Below, piece by piece: positions 38,950 through 49,472 of a DNA stretch of 64,000 nucleotides. This DNA is from Macrostomum lignano (lineage: Eukaryota): positions 1 through 64,000 of the forward strand of contig NIVC01001511.1 of assembly GCA_002269645.1 (NCBI GenBank). Direction: 5' to 3'. The translations under genes and the position numbers were made by a program. How positions within the stretch are numbered: the first letter of the stretch is position 1; each line of letters starts with the position of its first letter. A model generated the notes under the pieces. That model saw only the letters and a program-made list of their open reading frames with translations, was not told the DNA's origin and searched no databases.

Positions 38950-39904
38950 TTTTGACAAACGGCAGAGAGAATCGCTAATCATGTACGGGGAATCGGGGAT
39001 AGAGTCAGACCAGGCTACTGTCCTGTGCCCTCAGAGGTCAGTATTATTCATAATATGTACTACCGGCACAGACAGGCAGCAGCTGGCTCAGGCCCGCCTC
39101 CGTGACCTTCGCGCCAACAAGCCAGCACGTTTTGCTTATCTTATCTTCTATTTTTCTTATCGTCTACATGTAGTTTTGCCGCACAGACAGGCAGGCAGAC
39201 CGAGGCAGACTCATGGGTGAATGAAAAATGAAGCCACGGGAGTCAGAGAAACACATCGATTGGCTGCTTCAATTATATTTCTTTTTCTGTCTGTCTGTCT
39301 TCTCTCTGCACTGAATTGCCAAAATGTGTTAGCGCGGACCAAGGAGTTCATAGAGGAAGAATCCGGAGCCATTCCAGATTCTCTTTTTAGTATACCATGG
39401 ACGGTGCTGGCATTTTAGGGACGGCTGCCTCCTTACGTCTAGCTTTTAGACTCTTTAGCTAGTTAAATAGTTTCAAAGGCAATGGTGCTCATTAAAACTG
39501 CGTAAAGACTCTATTTGTTTGATCATAGAGCTAAGCCTGTTTTATTGATCCATTTCATTTCCCTATCAAGTTGGTTTTACGTTACCTTTGACCTCATCGA
39601 ACAAGGCTTTCTTTGCCATTACTTTGTTGTTTACACTGCAATTAGTCAGCTTCTTGGTGTGTCCCGCTAGCTGGATTTCAGAAAACTTATTAATGTTGTT
39701 CTAAGTAGAGTTGGCTGATTATCAGTTATACCCGCTCCATTAACTACCATGAACTAAGAAAGTTTGTTTATATTTTGCTATGGCCGAAGCTAAAATGCAG
39801 TATTGCTACTAGAAGTAGGATAAAAATTATTTATTATATAAGCGCCTCTGACTGGTTTTGTCATGTCACATAGTGATGTCTAAATAAAATTCTTAGTGGA
39901 ACCA

Positions 39905-40022
39905 ACAATTAGTTAGCTAGTTACTTAGTTAGTTAGTTAGTTGGTTAGTTAGTTAGTTGGTTAGTTAGTTAAGTTAGTTAGTTGGTTAGTTGGTTAGTTA
40001 GTTAGTTAGTTAGTTGGTTAGT

Positions 40023-40067
<45 letters not shown>

Positions 40068-40074
40068 GGTTAGT

Positions 40075-40143
<69 letters not shown>

Positions 40144-40390
40144 GGTTAGTTAGTTAGTTAGTTAGTTGGTTAGTTAGTTAGTTAGTTAGTTGGTTAGTTA
40201 GTTAGTTAGTTAGTTAGTTGGTTAGTTAGTTAGTTGGTTAGTTAGTTGGTTAGTTAGTTAGTTGGTTAGTTAGTTGGTTAGTTGGTTAGTTGGTTAGTTA
40301 GTTAGTTGGTTAGTTGGTTAGTTAGTTGGTTAGTTGGTTAGTTAGTTAGTTGGTTAGTTAGTTGGTTAGTTGGTTAGTTACTTATTTAGC
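39905..40390. repeat. (GTTA/GTTG)n microsatellite
   Basis: Seen directly. Confidence 0.98.
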
Positions 40391-40495
40391 TAGGTAATTA
40401 TTCTCGTAGTTAACAGATTTTATTGAGTTGATAACAATCGTAGACATAATTTAAAAGTAAAAACACCCGCCTCCTCCCTGCTGAAACTCTCCCAG

Positions 40496-40903
40496 ACGCT
40501 TCAACAGCCGAACCTCATCATCAGCCTCCGCCCGCCGCCGCCCAGCCGCCTCGGTTGCCGCTGATGGAGGCGGCCGAAGCCGCGACACCGGCCGAGTACC
40601 AGCGAGTGACGGTGCGCGAGAGCCTCGCCAGCCTCCGGGCTCGCAACGCCCTGCCGATGCCGCTGTCTGAGCGGCTGGCACAGCTGGGGCAGCAGCAGCA
40701 GCGACTCCCAAGCTCATCCCGCAGCGCCTCCAACCGACCGCTGCAGCTGGCCTCTCACGGCTCCGAGGCCGCTGTCGCCGAGTCCGACTCGCTGTACGAA
40801 GACATCTACTTCAACGATGTGCCAAGCGTGCCGGCTGCTTCCGCCGCTTCTGCGACTGCTGCCGACTCCTACTCTGATCTGTACTCTGAGTTCAACATGG
40901 ACG
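40496..40903 (+). CDS. Gene B exon 4 (EYQRV, SLYEDI, SYSDLYSEF)
   Basis: Acceptor ctcccag|40496 phase 1 matches exon 3; donor G|GTGAGA (phase 1). An alternative phase-2 acceptor at 40457 is possible. Confidence 0.65.
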
Positions 40904-41039
40904 GTGAGAGAGGAGAGGCGAGAGAGCGGGGATGCAAGCTGAATGGGTGGGGGAGAAGGGCAAGCTGGTTGGGGTGGGCGATATGAAATATACAGCTGTA
41001 GACTGGACACTCCTATATACGTACTAGACATCTCAGAAA

Positions 41040-42590
41040 CCAAAGATACCTCTAACAGTAAAGACACCCCTAGCACTAAGACACTGAAGACACCCCAGAC
41101 ACTGAAGACACCCCAGATACTAAAGACATCCCAGACACTGAAGACACCCCAGACACTGAAGACACCCCAGACACTAAAGACACCCCAGACACTGAAGACA
41201 CCCCAGATACTAAAGACATCCCAGACACTGAAGACACCCCAGATACTAAAGACATCCCAGACACTAAAGACACCCCAGACACTGAAGACACCCCAGACAC
41301 TAAAGGCACCCCAGACACTGAAGACACCCCAGATACTAAAGACATTCCAGACACTGAAGACACCCCAGATACTAAAGACATCCCAGACACTAAAGACACC
41401 CCAGACACTGAAGACACCCCAGACACTAAAGACACCCCAAGATACTAAAGACATCCCAAGATACTAAAGACACCCCAATATACTAAAGACATCCCAGATA
41501 CTAAAGACACCCCAGACACTGAAGACACCCCCAGACACTGAAGACACCCCAGATACTAAAGACATCCCAGACACTGAAGACACCCCAAGATCTAAAGACA
41601 CCCCAAGATACTAAAGACACCCCAGACACTAAACACATCCCAGACACTGAGGACACCCCAAGATACTAAAGACACCCCAGACACTGAAGACATCCCAAAT
41701 ACTAAAGACACCCCAGACACTGAAGACACCCCAGACACTGAAGACACCCCAAGATACTAAAGACATCCCAAGATACTAAAGACATCCCAAGATACTAAAG
41801 ACATCCCAAGATACTAAAGACACCCCAGACACTGAAGACACCCAAGATACTAAAGACATCCCAAGATACTAAAGACATCCCAAGATACTAAAGACATCCC
41901 AAGATACTAAAGACATCCCAAGATACTAAAGACACCCCAGACACTAAAGACACCCCAGACACTGAAGACATCCCAAAATACTAAAGACACCCCAGACACT
42001 GAAGACACCCCAAGATACTAAAGACACCCCAAGATACTAAAGACACCCCAGACACTGAAGACACCCCAAGATACTAAAGACACCCCAAGATACTAAAGAC
42101 ACCCCAAGATACTAAAGACACCCCAAGATACTAAAGACATCCCAAGATACTAAAGACATCCCAAGATACTAAAGACATCCCAAGATACTAAAGACACCCC
42201 AGACACTAAAGACACCCCAGACACTGAAGACACCCCAAGATACTAAAGACACCCCAGAACTGAAGACATCCCAAAATACTAAAGACACCCCAGACACTGA
42301 AGACACCCCAAGATACTAAAGACACCCCAAGATACTAAAGACACCCCAGACACTGAAGACACCCCAAGATACTAAAGACACCCCAGACACTGAAGACACC
42401 CCAGACACTGAAGACACCCCAGACACTGAAGACACCCCATATACTAAAGACACCCCAAGATACTAAAGACACCCCAGACACTGAAGACACCCCAGACACT
42501 GAAGACACCCCAGACACTGAAGACACCCCAGATACTAAAGACACCCCAAAATACTAAAGACACCCCAGACACTGAAGACACCCCAAAACC
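41040..42590. repeat. 18-20-bp minisatellite (GACACCCCAGACACTGAA / GACATCCCAAGATACTAAA) filling intron 4 of gene B
   Basis: Tandem units; source of the TLKTPQ ORFs. Confidence 0.97.
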
Positions 42591-42664
42591 TCAGACACGT
42601 CAAATCACAAGCTACTAAGATCTCCAAGTCCAAAGTCAGGGCTTCCTCCTCCTCCCCTCGCCAG

Positions 42665-42955
42665 GCGTCTCCGAGTCCATCGCCAGCTCGCTTTCATCGC
42701 TTCACCGCCTGCCCGGCGCCCGGCGGCCTCCTCCGCGGCCTCCGCCGCCGCCGCCGCCGCCTCCGCCGTCATCCAGCAGGGGAGGCCCGGCCGCCGCGTC
42801 TTCGGCAGCAAGCGACGGCAGCCGCCGGTTCAGCTACCACGGTGGCGGCCGCGGCGGCGCCGCTGCTACTTCCAGCACAAGTGCGAGGCAACCGCAATAC
42901 GCCAATGTCTGCATGCTGAATGAGATTAATAGCTTTCGGCATATGGATAGCGATG
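42665..42955 (+). CDS. Gene B exon 5 (poly-Pro, QYANV)
   Basis: cgccag|42665 phase 1: G-VSESIASSLSSLHRLPGARRPPPRPPPPPPPPP...PQYANVCMLNEINSFRHMDSD; donor G|GTAAGT. This exon is absent from the ORF track because it has no start codon. Confidence 0.7.
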
Positions 42956-42969
42956 GTAAGTTTGTCTCG

Positions 42970-43420
42970 GGATTGGGATGAATCATGAAGGAGTCTTAGG
43001 ATTGGGATAAATCATGAAGGAGTCCCAGAATTGGGATAAATCATGAGGGAGTCTTAGGATTGGGATAAATCATGAAGGAGCCTTGAACTTGGGATAAATC
43101 ATGAAGGAGCCTTGAACTTGGGATAAATCATGAAGAAGTCTTGAACTTGGGATAAATAATTAAGGAACCTTGAAATTGGGATAAATCATGAGGGAGTCTT
43201 AGGATTGGGATAAATCATGAAGGAGTCTTGAAATTGGGATAAATCATGAAGGAGCCTTGAACTTGGGATAAATCATGAAGGAGCCTTGAACTTGGGATAA
43301 ATCATGAAGGAGTCTTGAACTTGGGATAAATAATTAAGGAACCTTGAAATTGGGATAAATCATGAGGGGGTCTCAGGATTGGGATAAATCATGAGGGGGT
43401 CTCAGGATTGAGATAAACCA
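42970..43420. repeat. 29-bp minisatellite (TTGGGATAAATCATGAAGGAGTCTTAGGA)
   Basis: Period 29 (42973, 43002); starts ~15 nt after the exon-5 donor. Confidence 0.95.
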
Positions 43421-43886
43421 TGTGGCTTCATGGATCGCTCATGTTGATATTCGACTGCTATTGTCTGCTAGCAGTAGTCGTATGCAAACATAAAAATATC
43501 TGAAGCCGTACCCGCTATCTGTATTCATTCAAACGCTGGTAGATGACAGCTGCAGTTCGTTGGCAGCGCAACTGACGGCGAATCTGCAGTTCGCCCGGAC
43601 CTCTTCGCAATGCCGCTTTAAAATGCGACCGCATTCGACTGTGGCGGTTTTCACTTTTTATTGACAAGCTGTCATCATTCAGATATGTTCAATATTGAAC
43701 CACACTTTTCTCTGTTGGTGATTCAAAATCAGTTGGCTGTGCTTCATTCAACTACTTGAATATATTTTCTTACGTTGTCAATCGTTACGCACTTTTATTA
43801 CGGTGGTGGAGATATCACCATATTCTTATTTATTGTCACAATTGAATTCCTTCTGTTATTGAATCAGGTGCTACCAAGTGAGTCAA

Positions 43887-44360
43887 GTGCTTATCGGGTG
43901 AGGGAGTGGGGTGGGTGCTTATCGGGTGAGGGAGTGGGGTGGGTGCTTATCGGGTGAGGGAGTGGGGTGGGTGCTTATCGGGTGAGGGAGTGGGGTGGGT
44001 GCTTATCGGGTGAGGGAGTGGGGTGGGTGCTTATCGGGTGAGGGAGTGGGGTGGGTGCTTATCGGGTGAGGGAGTGGGGTGGGTGCTTATCGGGTGAGGG
44101 AGTGGGGTGGGTGCTTATCGGTGAGGGAGTGGGGTGGGTGCTTATCGGGTGAGGGAGTGGGGTGGGTGCTTATCGGGTGAGGGAGTGGGGTGGGTGCTTA
44201 TCGGGTGAGGGAGTGGGGTGGGTGCTTATCGGGTGAGGGAGTGAAGTGGGTGCTTATCGGGTGTGGGAGTGGGTGGGTGCTTATCGGGTGAGGGAATGGG
44301 GTGGGTGCTTATCGGGTGAGGGAGTGAAGTGGGTGCTTATCGGGTGAGGGAGTGGGTGGG
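43887..44360. repeat. 28-bp G-rich minisatellite (GTGCTTATCGGGTGAGGGAGTGGGGTGG), ~17 units
   Basis: Period 28; four GGG tracts per unit. Confidence 0.97.
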
Positions 44361-44395
44361 CGCATGCCACTGACGCCCTCCGATCCGCCCCGCAG

Positions 44396-44631
44396 TGGAC
44401 CTGGCGACAGCCTCGGCAGCGGAGCAGCTGCACCAGCAGCTCGGCCAGCCCGGCGCCTCCTCAGCCCGCCAGTCGGTGCCGCACTCCCGCTCAGCCAATC
44501 ATCTGCAGTTGACGCCGCGTCATGCCGTCATGACTCCGCTGATGGAGCGTTCGATCGAGGGCTCACTATTTGAGTCCGGTTTCGGTGGCAATGGCGGCTC
44601 CTCAGACTACGAGCGGCTGTCAGTGCTGTAG
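44396..44631 (+). CDS. Gene B exon 6 (terminal SDYERL; stop TAG, or splice at 44618)
   Basis: cgcag|44396 phase 1 (DSD-V-DLATASAAEQ); reads to TAG 44629-44631. CT|GTCAGT at 44618 is an alternative donor. The six exons total 2385 nt = 795 codons. Confidence 0.65.
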
Positions 44632-44818
44632 CTGTCAGTGCTGTAGCTGTCAGTGCTGTAGCTGTCAGTGCTGTAGCTGTCAGTGCTGTAGCTGTCAGTG
44701 CTGTAGCTGTCAGTGCTGTAGCTGTCAGTGCTGTAGCTGTCAGTGCTGTAGCTGTCAGTGCTGTAGCTGTCAGTGCTGTAGCTGTCAGTGCTGTAGCTGT
44801 CGGTGCTGTAGCTGTCAC
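44616..44818. repeat. 15-bp minisatellite (GCTGTCAGTGCTGTA), ~13 units starting inside the end of exon 6
   Basis: Seen directly. Confidence 0.97.
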
Positions 44819-45254
44819 TCTCTAACTCTTTGCTTTCAGTTCGTGCGCCAATGCTGAGCTTGAGTTCTCGGAAAACATTAGGATTTGAAGTAAACATTTT
44901 TAAGTGAAAATCATACTTCTAGTATTTTATACACATACACTCGTATTGTTTATTTAATATTAATAAATTAATTTATTGTAAACTACAAGTATTTCATGTA
45001 CTTTTTTCTTTTCCATTCAGGTATTTTACATATATTAATTAGAGCACATGTGAAAATGCAATCAATTTCTATAACTTTTTTATTCAATAAAAATTTTCAT
45101 GAGGCAATCAATTTAACTCCAATCTCAGTCAATTGGGTATTTCGCCTTTTATTATTCGTTTTCACTTCATAATTAAATCTTCAAATTTGTTTTTGTTAAA
45201 AACTGATAACAGCTTGGAGCTTTGCAGCTTAATCCTTCTGCTGTAACAGTTTTG

Positions 45255-45291
45255 TCTGGTCTCTGTCTGTCTGTCTGTCTGTCTGTCTGCC

Positions 45292-45360
<69 letters not shown>

Positions 45361-45497
45361 GTCTGTCTGTTTGTCTATCTGTCTGTCTGTTTGTCTGTCT
45401 GTCTGCCCTTCTGTCTGTCTGCCCCTCTGTCTGTCTGTCTGTCTGTCTGTCTGCCTGTCTGTCTGCCTGTCTGTCTTTCTGTCTGTCTGTCTACCCC

Positions 45498-45544
<47 letters not shown>

Positions 45545-45561
45545 GCCCTTCTGTCTGCCCC

Positions 45562-45600
<39 letters not shown>

Positions 45601-45747
45601 GCCTGTCTGTCTGCCTGTCTGTCTGCCCCTCTGTCTTCCTATCTGTCTGTCTATCTGTCTGTCTGTCTGTCTGTCTGCCCCTCTGTCTTTCTATCTGTCT
45701 GTCTGCCTGTCTATCTGTCTGTCTGTCTGTCTGTCTCTCTATCTGCC

Positions 45748-45804
<57 letters not shown>

Positions 45805-45900
45805 TAGTGTCTGTCTGTCCATCTTTCTATCTGTATGTTTGTTTGCCTTAGTGTCTGTGTGTCTCCATCTGTCTGTGTCTCCGTGTGTCTGTCTGTCTAC
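45255..45900. repeat. Degenerate (TCTG)n microsatellite
   Basis: Seen directly (SVCL ORFs). Confidence 0.98.
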
Positions 45901-46529
45901 TCTTTCAGCTGTATTTGTACGAATTCTGTGCTTTAAATTTAACTTCATTTCATTTTGAATCTGTTTTTTTTTTCAATTTAAACTCCTGTGCAATCTTTTC
46001 TAACATGCAGTTTTTGTTTTCAGAACTTTTCTGATCCATCAGTTAAACAATGTTGAAAAGATTTCTCAATAGATACTGCCAGTCAGACTGCTTTTGTTAA
46101 TTATAATTTACTTGAACTTCATTAGTTTGCCTAAAGCAGCTTTTCAGATGATCAGTGCTAGGCTTGCGTGTACTTTAAAACGCAACTTGTGTACTTTACA
46201 AAGCCGATTCTGTACATTTGCAATGTGCATTGTGTATGGATTTTTCTACTCGCTCATTTACCTGTATACATTTAGCAAATCTCTGATACTGTCTACTCTG
46301 CTTGTGTTTGTGTGTAAGTTTTTCGAGTTCGCATTGTGTTTGCGCTCTGTTCATAGACTATAGTTGCTGGAGAAATAATATAAGGTGTTTATTCTCTTTA
46401 TCAGTTTTTTACATTCTGCTCTTATGGTTATTTATAGCTGCCATTTGCTAAACAATCATTTTTAACATTGGATTTCGGACCTTGTTGTACTTCTTCTTTT
46501 CGCGCTTAAAGACAATTCGTTGATTCACC

Positions 46530-47325
46530 AGATCCTCAGTTGCTGGGCCAGCCTCTCAGATCCCCAGTTGCTGAGCCAGCCTCTCAGATCCTCAGTTGCT
46601 GGGCCAGCCTCTCAGATCCCCAGTTGCTGAGCCAGCCTCTCAGATCCCCAGTTGCTGAGCCAGCCTCCCAGATCCTCAGTTGCTGGGCCAGCCTCTCAGA
46701 TCCCCAGTTGCTGAGCCAGCCTCTCAGATCCTCAGTTGCTGGGCCAGCCTCTCAGATCCCCAGTTGCTGAGCCAGCCTCTCAGATCCCCAGTTGCTGAGC
46801 CAGCCTCCCAGATCCTCAGTTACTGGGCCAGCCTCTCAGATCCCCAGTTGCTGAGCCAGCCTCTCAGATCCCCAGTTGCTGAGCCAGCCTCCCAGATCCT
46901 CAGTTACTGGGCCAGCCTCTCAGATCCCCAGTTGCTGGGCCAGCCTCCCAGATCCTCAGTTACTGGGCCAGCCTCCCAGATCCTCAGTTGCTGAGCCAGC
47001 CTCCCAGATCCTCAGTTACTGGGCCAGCCTCTCAGATCCCCAGTTGCTGAGCCAGCCTCCCAGATCCTCAGTTGCTGGGCCAGCCTCTCAGATCCTCAGT
47101 TGCTGGGCCAGCCTCTCAGATCTTCAGTTGCTGGTCCAGCCTCTCAGATCCTCAGCTGCTGGGCCAGCCTCTCAGATCCTCAGTTGCTGGGCCAGCCTCC
47201 CAGATCTTCAGTTACTGGGCCAGCCTCCCAGATCCTCAGTTGCTGGGCCAGCCTCCCAGATCCTCAGTAGCTGGGCCAGCCTCTCAGATCCTCAATTGCT
47301 GGTCCAGCCTCCCAGATCCTCAGTT
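46530..47325. repeat. 28-bp minisatellite (GATCCTCAGTTGCTGGGCCAGCCTCTCA), ~28 units
   Basis: Period 28 (46531, 46559). Confidence 0.97.
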
Positions 47326-47583
47326 TTCCGAAGGTCTATAGGCTTGGTTGGAACGCTTTCTACATGTATGTTTTTGAAATAAGTAAAATCGAGTCCAGTT
47401 GTCTCAAGCTTTCATTCAACAGAAAATAATTCTTCACTTTTTCAAGGCTGCCCAGCAAAATCCTTGCAAAGCATCGCGTTTTAATTGCGAAAGAAAACAA
47501 TACCCGCCCCCGAACAGCATCCTGTGACGGTCTTTTGTGCTTTTCTTTCTACGAAAGAAGAAGTCTTTGTTGATCCTTGTCAG

Positions 47584-48198
47584 TCAGGCTCGCCTGTGCG
47601 GACAGCGACCGAGATCTGCGGCGAGGCTGCACAGGGACTCGAGCGCCTGCCACTTGGTGGGCTTCTCGCCTGGCAGAAACTGGTGCAGCTGCTGCAGCTG
47701 CTGCAGGTGCGGGTGGTGCTGCTGACTGCGCATGCCGCCAGACTGGTCAGAAGGCGCCCCGCTGCTGGCCACGGCGTCGGCCACTCGCTTGATGGCGAAG
47801 GCCTCCTCCAGTTCGGCGAACGCCGTCGACCAGCAGGCGCTGACGAGGCCGCTGCGATGCAGGCTGCGCATCAGGCAGGACAGGCAGGGCGGCTCCGGCT
47901 GCGCTGGCTGTTGCTGAATCTGCTGCAGCTGGTGACCGCCGCCGCTGTGTCTGTAGCGAACTTCGTTGCTGTTGCAGCTGTCTGTTGTTGCTTCTGCTGA
48001 AGCGGTTTGTCCAGCCTCGCGACGAGCGCCGGGCTTCTCGCCAAGACTCTCCCGTTCAAGGCGCTGTCGCAAGCTGAGCACCAGGCTGTCGCGTTCTTCA
48101 GCATCCTTGTCATAGGTGCTGTTGCGTTCGCTCATGTCTGCTGGCCGCTCTAAACTGCTGACGGGTCTGAGGCTTTTAATCAAAGTTGAGCTGTCTTC
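47584..48198 (-). CDS. Probable coding exon of unknown ~190-200-aa Gln/Ala-rich protein
   Basis: GC-rich island, open minus frame (MSERNSTYDKDAEERDSLVLSLRQRLERE...), acceptor-like ctag| at 48199, stop at 47584. Confidence 0.5.
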   Translation of the reverse strand, partial: EDSSTLIKSLRPVSSLERPADMSERNSTYDKDAEERDSLVLSLRQRLERESLGEKPGARREAGQTASAEATTDSCNSNEVRYRHSGGGHQLQQIQQQPAQPEPPCLSCLMRSLHRSGLVSACWSTAFAELEEAFAIKRVADAVASSGAPSDQSGGMRSQQHHPHLQQLQQLHQFLPGEKPTKWQALESLCSLAADLGRCPHRRA

Positions 48199-48439
48199 CT
48201 AGACTTAAGAATCTTGTCAGCTTCTGTTAAATCAAGTTGAGTCAAAGGCCGACTTCTTATGTCTATGGCTGGGCCCAGCTTGAAGTTCAGGTTTTCACTG
48301 CATCGACTATTATGAAAGCTTTTTCGCGCGTAGATCTTATTATATAGTTTTTAGCACAGCATAGATATGCGATTTCATATTTGGGTAATGCTTTTGCACA
48401 GCAACCAAATAGCTATAAGCAGTACTTGTCAGTTAGGTA

Positions 48440-48915
48440 GTTAGTTAGTTAGTTAGTTAGTCCGTCAGTCAGTCAGTCACTCAGTCACTCAGTCAGTCAC
48501 TCAGTCAGTCAGTCAGTCAGTTAATCAGTCAGTCACTCAGTCACTCAGTCACTCAGTCAGTCAGTCACTCAGTCAGTCAGTCAGTCAGTCAGTCACTCAG
48601 TCAGTCAGTCAGTCAGTCAGTCAGTCAGTCAGTCAGTCAGTCAGTCAGTCAGTCAGTCAGTCAGTCAGTCAGTCAGTCAGTCAGTCAGTCAGTCAGTCAG
48701 TCAGTCAGTCAGTCAGTCAGTCAGTCAGTCAGTCAGTCAGTCAATCAGTCAGTCAGTCAGTCAGTCAGTCAGTCAGTCAGTCAGTCAGTCAGTCAGTCAG
48801 TCAGTCAGTCAGTCAGTCAGTCAGTCAGTCAGTCAGTCAGTCAGTCAGTCAGTCAGTCAGTCAGTCAGTCAGTCAGTCAGTCAGTCAGTCAGTCAGTCAG
48901 TCAGTCAGTCAGTCA
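48440..48915. repeat. (CAGT)n microsatellite
   Basis: Seen directly. Confidence 0.98.
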
Positions 48916-49472
48916 ATTGCTCTATCGGAGACGTTTCTTAGACTGACTTCAGTGAGTGGGTGACTGACTGACTGACAAAAAGTGTTCGATATTGTATTAC
49001 CGATAGACAAAATATACTACTACATTTATTTCTACTAATCGAGCCCAAGGACTCTCCTATTGATTGAGGACATCAAGGAAATCATGGACTGGACGAATGA
49101 CCAGCAAGCACACGCCCTCCATTAACTCTCTTCTACCTCGTATGTAGTCTCATTATTGGGTCATTGTTTGTGCCCATGCCCAGCCTTCAGTCTGGAAATG
49201 GGAGTTTGCCACCGTAGGCACAAATCAGATCTCTTTAGACTCGTCATTACTCTCTGTAGGCTGCACAACTCTTTCTTTCTACTTTTTACCACATCAGCAG
49301 AGCAGGTGAAGCTGATTCTGATTGGATTATGGTTTCAGACTTAACCATGCAAGAACCACAGAATAAGCCAATAAGTATACAACCAACCTGTTTGGTAGTG
49401 AGCTAAATACATTTACATAACGCGTTCATAGCGCTGTGGTCTCGTCATCCTTAATACTCAACCGCATTGCCT

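Noticed and set aside
38578-39220. Poly-Leu/Ser/Val ORFs (also 59737-60342)
   Set aside because: Translation of (TAG)n, which is stop-free in most frames by construction.
40714-42544. Repetitive (TLKTPQ)n / (WGVFSV)n ORFs
   Set aside because: Intronic minisatellite between GT and AG sites of gene B.
44528-44897. Metallothionein-like (CCSCQ)n ORF
   Set aside because: One reading of the 15-bp minisatellite; the other frames give equally periodic peptides.
47485-48000. 171-aa plus-strand ORF
   Set aside because: Antisense shadow of the GC-rich minus-strand ORF.
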